Part shown: positions 1 through 12,125 of the stretch, piece by piece | How the letters are laid out: each line of letters opens with the position of its first letter | Position numbering within the stretch: position 1 is the stretch's first letter | Assembly: GCF_001194135.2 (NCBI RefSeq) | Contig: NC_068981.1 | Location: 93,362,443 to 93,417,045, forward strand | DNA length: 54,603 nt | Reading direction: 5' to 3' | Source: Octopus bimaculoides | Lineage: Eukaryota | Program-made: the position numbers and the translations under genes | The notes under the pieces: model-generated | Database searches by the model: none | Told to the model about the DNA's origin: nothing | The model's input: only the letters and a program-made list of their open reading frames with translations

Positions 1-54
<54 letters not shown>

Positions 55-120
55 GTGCGTGTGTGAGTGCTAGGATATATGTTTATATATCGTTACGTGA
101 GTGTGTGTGGGTGCGTGTGC
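1..120. repeat. (GT)n microsatellite, degenerate at its right end
   Basis: Direct inspection. Confidence 0.97.
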
Positions 121-1054
121 GTGTCCTAGTGTGCATATAAAACGTATTGTCTTGCTCGTCTGTGACTCTGTGCTCCGTAAGTAATTCAGTACCATATGCA
201 AATGAAGCATCAAATCTATTCATACAGCTCTATTGGTGTCTATCTCTACCTAAAATAATTTGTCTACAGCCAACTAACCCTTTCATTATATTCACTACAG
301 TGGCGGCAGCTATGCTGATTGTACCTACCTTTTATACTTTCTGATGAAGTATCAAATATGATTACAACAACGCTTCCTTTCTCATGCAATGTTAACCGCA
401 CCAACGATTTAGTGACACTCTGTAATTAACCATTTCCTAGCGATGCTTAACTTACATCCGATCAGTTGTCTCGACACTCTTAGTACAAAGATAATTATTT
501 GCAGATGGCTCTTATAATGCGTTTAATCACAAAATAATTAGTTTCTTAATCAATCGTTTCGTTACTTTTGAAGAAAAAAATGAATTGTCCTTGTGAACTG
601 TAATTATCTTAGCTATTTATTGTCATATTTATGTTCGTTATTCTCAAAGAATAATTAGATAATTTACTTTGAACTTATAACAATTCATCTAAATACTTGT
701 ACTTAATGTAGTGTAAATGTTTCATTGTTTTTTGTTTTGTATTGTTTTGTTAAAATCACTAACACCATTTCAAATTAAAATCTTCTGTGATTAGTTTAAA
801 ATTTACGCATTCTTTTTTAATATATATGTGAATCAGTAAACTAATTTCGTCCCGCTGATTCATTGAAATGCTATAGAATTTTTTTAATTTCAAGTAAAAT
901 ATCTGCAAATATAGTTCAAAATTATTTATTGCTTATTATTTTTTGCTTCTGATCTATTTGCAACTCAGGACATTTACTTTACATAGTAACTACAGTCAGG
1001 TTTAAGTATATTATTTACAATGGACGGGTAGGTGTCCTCCCCTGGTTTGTTGTT

Positions 1055-1100
1055 ACCACAACGTTTCGGCTGATGTACTCTCCAGGTTTCATCAGGTGTT
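1055..1100 (-). ncRNA. Minimal type I hammerhead ribozyme motif, stem II partly decayed
   Basis: Minus strand: AACAC-CTGATGA-A-ACCTG GAGAGTACAT CAGCC-GAAA-CG-TT-GTGGT. Intact CUGAUGA and GAAA core, palindromic AACGUU in place of stem III, stem I CAC/GUG. Confidence 0.7.
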
Positions 1101-1208
1101 CTGGAGAAATTTCGAACGCAACCCTTTATTTGACTAATGGGGTACTCTGTTCTCATTCATAAGGTATTTTTTTTCCTCATGTTATCTTTTTCTGTTGTAA
1201 TTATTTCC

Positions 1209-1283
1209 CAGGTTCCTGCCTGGGATTGAACTCAGAACCTAATGGTTAGTAGCCCACGTTCTTATCCACTACACTATATGCCC
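1209..1283 (-). promoter_or_regulatory. tRNA-derived Pol III head (A and B boxes)
   Basis: Minus strand GGGCATA-TAGTGTAGTGG (A box, 1266-1276)...GAGTTCAATCC (B box, 1223-1233) with tRNA-like spacing; no proper acceptor stem. Confidence 0.8.
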
Positions 1284-1388
1284 GTTGGTATTCGGGGAAA
1301 AAAATCAGCAGCAAAAAAAAAAAACTTTAGAAATGAGAACAGAGTACCCCATTCATCAAATGAATGGTTGGGTTCGAAATTCCACCAG

Positions 1389-1434
1389 AACACCTGATAA
1401 AGCCTGGAGAGTACATCAGCCGAAACATTGTGGT
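1389..1434 (+). ncRNA. Degenerate hammerhead motif (inverted copy)
   Basis: AACAC-CTGATAA-A-GCCTG...CAGCC-GAAA-CA-TT-GTGGT; G8 changed to A and the palindrome is broken. Confidence 0.55.
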
Positions 1435-1677
1435 CACAACAAACAAGGTGAGGACACTTATCCATCCATTGTAAATAATATACATAATTCCTCAAAAATA
1501 TAGATTAGTATTATCAGGTTTAAGGCTGCGGAAACATGTGCCTGTTACGATACATTAATACATATTTTACACAAATGCATTAGCAGTTATACAGCTGAAC
1601 ATAGGATTGCAAACTATGAAGTAATATGTCACATCATACTTGAAGATATTCAACACGATCTAATATTAAAATGTTTT

Positions 1678-1895
1678 AAGGCGGCGAGCTGGCAGAAACG
1701 TTAGCAAACCAGGTAAGATGGTTAGCATCATCTCGTCCGACATTACGTTCTGAGTTCAAATTCTGCCGAGATCGATTTTGCCTTTTATCCCTTTCAGCAT
1801 CGATAAAATAAGTACCAGTCGAACACACGGGTAGACGTAATCGACTTACTCCCTCCTCCGAAATTGCTGGACGTGTGCCAAAAATTGAAACCAAC
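1678..1895 (+). mobile_element. tRNA-derived SINE, family 1
   Basis: GGCGGCGAGCTGGCAGAAACGTTAG head, GAGTTCAAATT B box, conserved core GCCTTTTATCC...CGATAAAATAAGTACCAG recurring more than 10 times in the window. Confidence 0.9.
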
Positions 1896-2442
1896 ATTAA
1901 CATGCTTAAACTTTAAACTAGATTAAATTAACATTTCAGAAAAGATCCATAGTCAGAGTGGGGAGAATTATGCAAGCGCTTTTGTTTTTGAGCACGTCTG
2001 TGTGAGTATGTATTTATGGGTGCTTGTAAACTTTTCCCTACTACTTGAACAAGCAAGTGTCGTTAATGTTGTATATTCTAAGTGGTGGAATTCTTCTTCT
2101 TATGCAACGATTGAAGCCAAGCTATTAATAGTACTCTGCATTCAAGGATAGCAAAAATTATTGGATTAATTCCTGTTGCTGAAAAAAACGTAAAATGCAT
2201 ATAAGTAATGGGAAAATGCGTTTTTTTTTTTTTTTTGCCTACGGAGAGAAAAATAAAACGCTTCATTCAGATCTGTGATTGAGCCTGGACTCTGGTTCAG
2301 AAGTGTTTATTGTTTGTACAATGCATGACCCACATTGTACATATTTTTGTGTTTGAATTCTAATACACAAATAGCATCAAACACCACACACATGCAAACA
2401 CACACACATAAACACAGAGGGAGAGAGATTCACTAACAGACA

Positions 2443-2456
2443 GATAGATAGATAGT

Positions 2457-2542
<86 letters not shown>

Positions 2543-2547
2543 GAGAG
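2443..2547. repeat. (ATAG)n/(AG)n microsatellite
   Basis: Direct inspection. Confidence 0.95.
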
Positions 2548-3184
2548 ATACTTCAATACAAGATATTTTAGCAGCTACTTGAAATTGCACGTAATAACTT
2601 ATGAGTATATATATATTATATTCCTTTTAATGCAGTAGCTATAACAAGAAATAGCGTCAGTTCAACAATATTACTTATTAATTAGTTTTTAATGCTTTTT
2701 TAACTTTCATTTTGTTTCCCAGCAGCACATTAGGCTAAATAAATTATAAAGGAAAAATATAACGGTTAACTAAACAGTTCACTCGAAGTAACTATCAATA
2801 AATTGTGACATTTTAATTTATCAGTGATTTATCAGATCCTATTATTCATATGCATTTATTCATCATGTAAATTGCTTCTGTATACAGTAAATTACTTCTG
2901 CATTCAGCTTGTCATTAACGAAGTAATAGAGAAAGAGTGATGTCTAGAAAAACAGGTTTTTGTGTTTATTTGCATTTTGTTCGATTCCAATGCTATCTAA
3001 ATATTATCTAAACAGGGTTATTGACACGATTGTGATAACTTTGCCCTATATGATGTTGCATACTTTACAAAACGCCTGAGAAGATTAATGATACAATCTT
3101 CAAACATTAAAATTATCAGTATTCTCGCTAAATGCACACTCAGGCTGGCATCGCCTATACAGAAAATAAATACATATATAGGCT

Positions 3185-3261
<77 letters not shown>

Positions 3262-3357
3262 NNNNNNNNNNNNNNNNNNNNNNNNNNNNNNNNNNNNNNN
3301 NNNNNNNNNNNNNNNNNNNNNNNNNNNNNNNNNNNNNNNNNNNNNNNNNNNNNNNNN

Positions 3358-3391
<34 letters not shown>

Positions 3392-3425
3392 GCACGCACA
3401 CGCACGCAAATACACACACATATAT
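3185..3425. repeat. (TA)n/(TG)n compound microsatellite spanning gap 3262-3357
   Basis: Direct inspection. Confidence 0.9.
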
Positions 3426-6400
3426 ATTATGGTTAAGAATATTTATTTCTAAGTTTGTTGCGTGTTTTGCTTTCTTTCATTTCCATAAAATAATGGACAG
3501 GTGATGCATCAGGTTTAATATCATTAATAGATTTTGATATTCAAATATCTCTCTATGATAGCTGCAAAGTAGTAGATTTTATTCCCGGAGAAGGTTATAT
3601 TTCTACAGCAAATTAATCCTACATGACGGCCAGAGATCATACTTTTTCCTAACGTAATTATATATGTAATGGTAAAGAAAATAAATTCTAGATCACGATG
3701 AAAATACTTGTGGTAGCGGTCTCTCTTCTCTCAAGGGCATTAGCGATGAAATGCAGGCTTGCTTTTAATTATCTTTAAAATTAATATAAACTTCAAAACA
3801 GTTTGATAACTTAAAATTCACATGCAAGAAGATATGAACATACAGTATTTCCTGGCATGCAAATCAATATTTTCAGTCCAACATTTATAGTTTATAATGG
3901 TAGGTCAACATATGCACCATGAAAACTTTGAAGCACCAAAAATTCCATGTGGAATGCGGCACGATTTGGACAGATAGTGACAATATTTGAATGTTTTTTT
4001 ATCACATGATCACACTCTCTCCGATGTCGCTTTGTATGCTGGTAAACATGGTATGAGCTGCAAGTAGTTGTTACAAATAACTCCTTTATAATTTAAAAAA
4101 GAGGTGCATATATTGAATAATGTAGTATGGGATAACGTATCTGAAATCACAGAATGAACGGATACGAAAACATTTCATCTTAGGTCAGCTAAAAAAAGAA
4201 GCGGATCTAAGCATCAGTAATATCAATGGGTTTGACCGGCGAACGAGGGATACGAAAAATGGTTGTTTGACTTCCTGTTAAGCTAGCTTGCATGTATTAG
4301 ATTTTAATGTAGACGATTCAGCCCGAAAAATATTGGCCAAATCCCTTACTTAGTGTCTTCTACCACTTTTAAAATTATAGGATACTTTAGATATTGTATT
4401 ACACACAATTCGGCTCAAAAGATAGAATTGTCACAACTGAAATATTTTTTTATTATGGATAAGCATAATGAGACTTAACCTAAAGGTTAACTGCTACAAC
4501 AAGTTTGAACAAGGTATTTTCGTTTCAAAATATATTTTAGCTTCTATTCCTTCAGAGTTGACGTTCTTATATTGCACTATCACCAATCGTTGTAAGGTAA
4601 TATTTGTTTTAAAATTGTATCAGCATCATTGTAAAATTGTAAAAGCATCATTTTCTTGTTTATTTCCATGACATGATATGAAAGACATAAACTTCATCTG
4701 TCAGTCTTAATTACTTTGTTCAAAGAGGCTACCTCTATGCAGCCGATCTTCCTACAGGAAATGGAAACCGAGTTTTCCTTAAATTATGCTTTACGTGTTA
4801 CACTTGACAATGCAGCCTGAAGTAAACTATTGTTGAAAAGAAAACAAACCTTGGTCATCGCTTGATTTACCTTTGATGTTATATTTCCATCATCAAAAAC
4901 GTTATATGATACTCTATTTATATTCTAGTTTTCTTTAATGTCACTATAAATTTAAGCTGAATGTTCATATTTGAATGCACGTATCTATTGAATATCTGAT
5001 GCCCTTTAACCTAATTCAGGATGATGTAGTTTCAGTAAATTCGGTCTAATACTGTAGTAGAGACTTTGAACGACGTATTTTGAAAGATATGATAAACTAT
5101 TAAGGGAAGAGAGGGCAGAAAAACTGACATAAATTGTAGAGGATAGATTCAGATAACTTATATTACATATAGCTCTTGATTTGTACGTTCATCATTCAGA
5201 ATACGTAATTGTAAGGCAATGGTTTCGATTCAGTAAACTACGCACTTGTCCATTTATATCCTATACACTTTGGTAGTCAAGATGCATCAGTATTAGATGA
5301 TTAATTCAATGATAGATTATATTCACCTTTTTTACAGAGCAATTCATCTGAAATATATATTTCGTTAGTTATTCAGATAATCCATATCATTCCTGATTTT
5401 ACAAATTGTATGTCACTTCTATGATTTTTCTTGTATTTCTACATTACCTTCTCTTTCACGTATATTCCTCTTTAGATGTTATTATGCTCGAATGTGCAAT
5501 GTCCTTCTTGACCATCTGAATTATAGCATTTATTTGCTCATGCCGCTTCTAAGACTTTAGTTGTTTTCATTTGAATGCATTTTTATGGGCAAATTTTTAA
5601 ACATAATGATGTTTGCTTTGATCCTGTGATTTTGCTTCAGATTAGTAAGATTGAGCCGCTTTTATTTCCAGGAATTCTAAGAATTATTTTATATATTTGC
5701 ATAGCATCTCATCTTCATTTCCAGCTTGTATGAATTGCGAATTCCGATATCCGCTTTTATGAATCGGAATTTCGGCGTCAATTTATATCTTGTTTGACAT
5801 ATGTGCAGGGTAGAAATATTGATTTCGCTAAAGCAATGTTTTTTTATGCTCATAATGTATATATAAGTTTAAGAATATGCATATGCATGTGTGATGATCT
5901 ATAGATAAGTGCACCCGTTATGTTACACACACACACACATAGACACACAGGCACACACACAAACATATATGGACGTATACAATTATATTTATATGTATGT
6001 ATGCGTGTGTGTGAGTGTGTGTGTCTGTGCGTGCATAAGTGAGAGTGTGTGTGCGCGTGTATCTATGTATAAAGATAAGAAAGAGAGAGATAAAGAGAGA
6101 GATTTGGTAAATGTGCAGATAGAAAGATAAAATGTATGTCTATGCTTCTGAGTTTCTCAGAAAATCACGTTTTCGCATAACGTAAGGGAAACAAGAACAA
6201 CTATTTATGTGTATAAAATATCATTTCACACTTGAATCACAAAAGGGATTGATTCAATAACAACATTCATGATGTTGCACGTAAAGCCATAAAAATATCT
6301 GTCTCTGTGTCTCTCCCTCCCTTCACATATGCGTGCGCGATTGTGTGTGTTTCTGTGTGTGTGTGTGTGTGTGTGTATGTGTGTGTGTCTGTGTGTGTGT

Positions 6401-8399
6401 GTGCGCGCGCGCGTTTCTGTGTGTATGTGTAAACGGTTAAGATTTTGGTAATATAAGCATAAAACATTTACAAGTGCGACCTAAGAAAAGTGGGTGGTTC
6501 ACTTTTTCCTATCTTAGGTTAAACTTGTGAATATTTCATATACGCTACATGTGCATTTCTATAATCATGGTCTTTGATCCCACTTAATTTAATGAGAGTA
6601 ACTGTAAAGAGGGGTGACTAGGTCTCCGCTAACGTTATTTAAAATTCAAGGAAATGTCTGACTAACCTAACAAACAAGAGAAGCACGGGATTGCAAACTA
6701 AAAAGTTTAGTTTAACGTCACTTAATGCTTCGTAGGTTCCCTTCCAACACACATGCACCCCGGGTCAACTTTTTTATTTGCCTCCGCTTTGTTGGGCCTA
6801 TCTATGTCGTCTGAAAAGACAAACTTTCATATCCTAACTACTTTTCTTTCCACATGTCGGACCAGTTCATCTGCACAGTCAGGGGCCTCTTCTATTACCT
6901 AAAAAATACCTACCGTATGATGATCTATATGTGAACAAGATTGTTCAAAGATTAATTCATTGGTTTATCGAGTTACATAGCATTCGCTCACTTGTCCTGC
7001 ATCACAGCATCACAACATTGGATCATTTGTTACTCGCCAACTCTGCTCATCAAGTCAACCATCTCGACAACTTTTCGGTATCGTTTTACTCCATGCTTTT
7101 TTTCCGATGTCTTAGTTCAGACGTGAATAGTAACTCATCCTTTGGTGCGGATCACCTCATGCCTGCGACTTAAATAATCGTCGTTCCTACCGCTAACTGT
7201 GTTGATAATACACAAACATTAAGAAGTTCTAATTATAATAGCTGTTTCTATACTGACACCCCATTTTTCATAACACAGCACGTGCCGCTAGAACATTTTC
7301 AGGAAACTTAAAACAAGCACACATAACATCATCACACACAAACCACCTCAGCATAAAAACCTACATGAGCACACACAGCTTATACATATATATATATACA
7401 CACACAAAGGCGTACAGATAGTAAGACAAGAACCAAAGCAACGAGGATTATATAACATTAACTACACAAAATGACTTAAAAACTAACAACTGCATAATGG
7501 TTATCTGCACTTTTCTATTTTGATCTTTTAATTGGTTTATGAAAAAATATTTTGACAGAGAGAAGAATAAAAGACGTATAAGTGAGTCATAGAAGAAAAT
7601 GGCTTCGAATGGCATTAGATCTTTGACGTATATATANNNNNNNNNNNNNNNNNNNNNNNNNNNNNNNNNNNNNNNNNNNNNNNNNNNNNNNNNNNNNNNN
7701 NNNNNNNNNNNNNNNNNNNNNNNNNNNNNNNNNNNNNNNNNNNNNNNNNNNNNNNNNNNNNNNNNNNNNNNNNNNNNNNNNNNNNNNNNNNNNNNNNNNN
7801 NNNNNNNNNNNNNNNNNNNNNNNNNNNNNNNNNNNNNNNNNNNNNNNNNNNNNNNNNNNNNNNNNNNNNNNNNNNNNNNNNNNNNNNNNNNNNNNNNNNN
7901 NNNNNNNNNNNNNNNNNNNNNNNNNNNNNNNNNNNNNNNNNNNNNNNNNNNNNNNNNNNNNNNNNNNNNNNNNNNNNNNNNNNNNNNNNNNNNNNNNNNN
8001 NNNNNNNNNNNNNNNNNNNNNNNNNNNNNNNNNNNNNNNNNNNNNNNNNNNNNNNNNNNNNNNNNNNNNNNNNNNNNNNNNNNNNNNNNNNNNNNNNNNN
8101 NNNNNNNNNNNNNNNNNNNNNNNNNNNNNNNNNNNNNNNNNNNNNNNNNNNNNNNNNNNNNNNNNNNNNNNNNNNNNNNNNNNNNNNNNNNNNNNNNNNN
8201 NNNNNNNNNNNNNNNNNNNNNNNNNNNNNNNNNNNNNNNNNNNNNNNNNNNNNNNNNNNNNNNNNNNNNNNNNNNNNNNNNNNNNNNNNNNNNNNNNNNN
8301 NNNNNNNNNNNNNNNNNNNNNNNNNNNNNNNNNNNNNNNNNNNNNNNNNNNNNNNNNNNNNNNNNNNNNNNNNNNNNNNNNNNNNNNNNNNNNNNNNNN

Positions 8400-8466
8400 C
8401 AGGCAGACCAAAGCCGTGTGAGTGGATTTGGTAGACGGAAACTGAAAGAAGCCCGTCGTATATATG

Positions 8467-8519
<53 letters not shown>

Positions 8520-8726
8520 ATGTTTGTGTGTCTGTGTTTGTCCCCCCAACATTGCTTGACAACCGATGCTGGCGTGTTTACGTCCCCGTAACTTAGCGGT
8601 TCGGCAAAAGAGACCGATAGAATAAGTACTAGTCTTACAAAGAATAAGTCCTGGGGTCGATTTGCTCGACTAAAGGCGGTGCTCCAGCATGGCCACATTC
8701 AAGTGACTGAAACAAGTAACAGAGAG
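8400..8726 (+). mobile_element. SINE family 2 with internal (TA)/(TG) microsatellite; head lost in gap
   Basis: GACCAAAGCCGTGTGAGTGGATTTGGTAG...microsatellite...GACAACCGATGCTGG...GGCGGTGCTCCAGCATGG; homologous to 33486-33935 and 53640-53915. Confidence 0.9.
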
Positions 8727-8769
8727 TATATATATATATTTACTAAGAAAAGAATACTACTAATAGTAA

Positions 8770-9357
8770 TACCAGGCAGTGGTTCTCATGGCTTCTGATC
8801 TTAATTGATTGGAAGTGTTATCATGTGCGTTGTTTTGTCTTGGTATAAAAGATGGGCTACAGCAAATATTCTGCTTAATACCACAGATTTTCTGGTCAGT
8901 TGGTTGACCTTAGCCAGTTGAGCATGTCCCTTGGTGGCTGACGATATGTGCATCTCTGATCACGTGCAGAAGTAGTGAGGGAGCATCATAGCCATGTGTT
9001 GAAAGGAGTTCTTTGTGGTTTGAATAATTCACCTTTGGTAACATGGCTGTTTTGCTCAACATCCTTAAACAAACCATATTCAGGGACCTTTTGAGCGGAA
9101 TGGGCTACTCGACCTGAAGAAAATTCTAACTGGGCCCCACCTGCGAGGTCATGCACTGTTTATCTTGATATGAGATCACCATGTCGCGCACATATGGTTG
9201 TGATGCATGTGCCTGGTGTACCCTTATTAGACGGGTAGTCATGATGGGTATATTGGGCTTTGNNNNNNNNNNTTAGACGGGTAGTCATGATGGGTATATT
9301 GGGCTTTGTATATTTTACCCCAGTGTCACTTTGATGGCATGCGCTGCTCTCTCACTC
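8770..9357 (+). mobile_element. About 590-bp non-coding dispersed repeat ending in (AAT)n
   Basis: GC-richer block with sharp boundaries that ends directly in an (AAT)n run; resembles a repeat I recall from octopus; single copy here. Confidence 0.5.
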
Positions 9358-9382
9358 AATAATAATAATAATAATAATAATA

Positions 9383-9472
<90 letters not shown>
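9358..9472. repeat. (AAT)n-(ATT)n-(AAT)n strand-switching microsatellite
   Basis: Direct inspection. Confidence 0.95.
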
Positions 9473-10108
9473 GGTCATGACCCAACAGAAACAGCAACAT
9501 ATGACGAATAATTTTTGTTGCCAAGTGTTGAAACCATGTTTGCAAAAGACTAACTTTTTGCAATCCACAGTTCTCTACATGGATTAATACTATTTTCTAC
9601 ATACATACTTTATCCAGACTGACACTCTAAACATGATAGATCTCTTCCTCTCATAGAACTCGAAAGAAAGAAGACTTATGTCAGTACGGTAAGACAAAGA
9701 CATGACTTAGGTTCTCAACTGTACTTCAACAAAGAAAACAACTTCACTCTAGATTCGACACGGCTAATTATTAGGCACTTTCTGTATCCCTTCACTACTG
9801 AGGACATTATGAAAGCGTTGGTATTTCATTGTTACGATTCTCAATATGCCTTCTAATTCTTTGAGGAAGCCAAGGCCTTAGTGTTTTCATATTCGCATGG
9901 AACAGAAAAAAATGATCGCAGAAATATACACCCATATCAAATTTGATAGGCACAAACCATTGTGCAACGGAAGCACCATTCACTAAAGGTTTGTTAATGA
10001 GTACAAAAATTACAAGAGGGTCACAGATCAGAAAAATCAAATGTTTCAAATAAAATAATCTTTCTCTACCGTGAACTAACAAACACTCGTTAATATCTAT
10101 AACAGTGC

Positions 10109-10480
10109 GAAGGTGGCGAGCAGACAGAGTCGCTAGAACACCAGACAAAATGCTTAGCGGTATTTCGTCTGCCGCTACGTTCTGAGTTCAAATTCCGCCG
10201 AGGTCGACTTTGCCTTTCATCCTTTCGGGGTCGATTAAATAAGTACCAGTTACGCACTGGGGTCGATATAATCGACTTAATCCGTTTGTCTGTCCTTGTT
10301 TGTCCCCTCTGTGTGTAACCCCTTGTGGGCAGAAAAGAAATAGGTATTTCGCCCGCCATTACGGGCTTCTGTTCAAATTCTTCCTTTCATCTTTTCGGAG
10401 TCGATTAAATGATTACCCATTGAATACTAGAGTCGAAGTAATCGACTTATCCTCTCTTCGAAATTGCTGGCCTTGGACAC
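10109..10480 (+). mobile_element. Composite family-1 SINE: old copy interrupted by a 184-bp related module
   Basis: GGTATTTCG at 10159 and 10343; the body is present twice with different 3' segments. Confidence 0.85.
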
Positions 10481-10495
10481 TAATAATGGCGCACA

Positions 10496-10556
<61 letters not shown>

Positions 10557-11814
10557 GAATGTGTGTGGGTGCCTGTGTGTGTGTGTGTGTTTTGTGTGTG
10601 CGTGTGTATGCATTTGTATGTATGTACCCCGGCATTCCTACATACGTACAAATGTAATGCATGCGTTGTGTTCTAATTTTATTTCATATATTATTCTTTT
10701 TGTTTCTTAAATTTAATATATGCTTTTTTCACTTTCCATTGAATGGTAAAATTCCCAAACCCCTCGACAACTTTTCTCGACGTTATCAGTGTCATATTTC
10801 AGATAAAGTGATGCGATGTGTGTACACTTTCATATTATATGACAATAGAATTAGTTCACACATCGGCACCGGACTTTGAATTATTAGCTGTAGCATAGCA
10901 CTAGTTACCACGAGATGCAATTGCAATGCATTTTATCAAGCAACACAAAGCGAAATTACAAAGAGAAACATTAGCTAACCTTACTCTATCATTCATAGCA
11001 ATACTCATACCACAAAGCGATACGCATAGCACATCACAACTAAAATAACACACAAATGACATACTTTAATAACAGAAGATATAACTGTAACTGATGCTTT
11101 ATAAAATCTTATGGTCAAAAATTCGAATCCCTGTGGTGAGAACAACACAGGTCACATTAGTTCTCCCTGCAATAAAGTGATTGAAACAAGTGTTAAAATC
11201 ATTTCATACAGAAGATAAGATGAAGAAGTTCTAAAAAAAATACTTGGAAACTTGATCCAAAGGGACTGCAAAGAACACCTTTATTGACCATTTGTGATTC
11301 TTAAATAAACGAAAAATAAACATGTTAACAAAACCCTCTCTTGAGTCATTTTTATTATCTAACTGTTATATCATTGTCTCAGATATTTTAAGGTGTTATA
11401 ATTCTCGACTTATTTGGAGTTTAGGTTTCGTTTCCGTTGAAAGGTATGTATTATTCATATTTGCTGAGTAATTCCCCATTAGGAACTAAATTAGATATTT
11501 AAATTTAGTGCAAAATGGTTTAGAAAGTAGAATGTGTCACTTTTGAGAAAGTTTACTTAGGAGAAAATTGAAGAGTCTTTTTGTTTTTTTTTGTGTTTCT
11601 TTGTTTGTTCTTTTCTTTGTGTTTCTTTGTTTGTTCTTTTCTTTGCAAAACATTAAAACATCAATAGTCTCACGTCAGCGTTCTAAATCTTGCTCCTCAT
11701 TATTTTGTCTCTAGTGGCAAGGGGTGTCCTGAAAGAATTGTTAGAACGACAGGAAAAATACCTTGACGTATTACTTCAGGCTCTTTACATTGTGTTCCAA
11801 TCCCATTGAAGATA

Positions 11815-11935
11815 CACAATCCTTTTCATCTTTTCGTGGTCGATAAAGTAATCTACCAGTTAAGTACTAGGATCGATGATATCGACGAACACCTTTCGCG
11901 CAAGATTGCTCGTCTTGTTTCTAAGTTTAAAACAA
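11815..11935 (+). mobile_element. Partial family-1 SINE (core and tail)
   Basis: CCTTTTCATCTTTTCGTGGTCGATAAAGTAATCTACCAG. Confidence 0.75.
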
Positions 11936-12125
11936 TTATTTTCTTCCTTTGTTTGATTCCACACCGATACACTTTCTCCGTGACATTGCTTTTTATTTGA
12001 GAAGCATTCGCGACTTTAAATTTTCACATAATCATAGTATTCAAATTTCGTTCATGATGAGTTTATACTTCAAAAAAATCAAATAAACATATTTTTACTA
12101 AACTTGCCAAACTAGAATCAAACTA

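Larger units (their letters stand above)
1007..1482 (-). mobile_element. Non-autonomous element: tRNA-like head plus hammerhead-containing terminus, with inverted duplicate of the terminus (PLE pseudo-LTR-like)
   Basis: Inverted arms about 1007-1174 and 1313-1482; the two track ORFs MRTEYPISQIKG.../MRTEYPIHQMNG... are the same sequence on opposite strands. The spacer holds a minus-strand tRNA-like head. Confidence 0.75.

Noticed and set aside
1209-1283. Possible true tRNA gene (also the heads at 33860-33935, 44720-44793, 51626-51690)
   Set aside because: A and B boxes are present but acceptor stems are not formed and each runs into repeat body; treated as SINE heads.
6842-6898. Minus-strand 57-nt segment VIEEAPDCADELVRHVERK recalling the biotin carboxylase IEEAP motif
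   Set aside because: Only a short motif matches, spacing differs, the acceptor is weak and no neighbouring carboxylase exons were found.
9227-9308. 36-bp direct repeat
   Set aside because: Identical copies either side of a 10-N gap; typical contig-overlap artefact.
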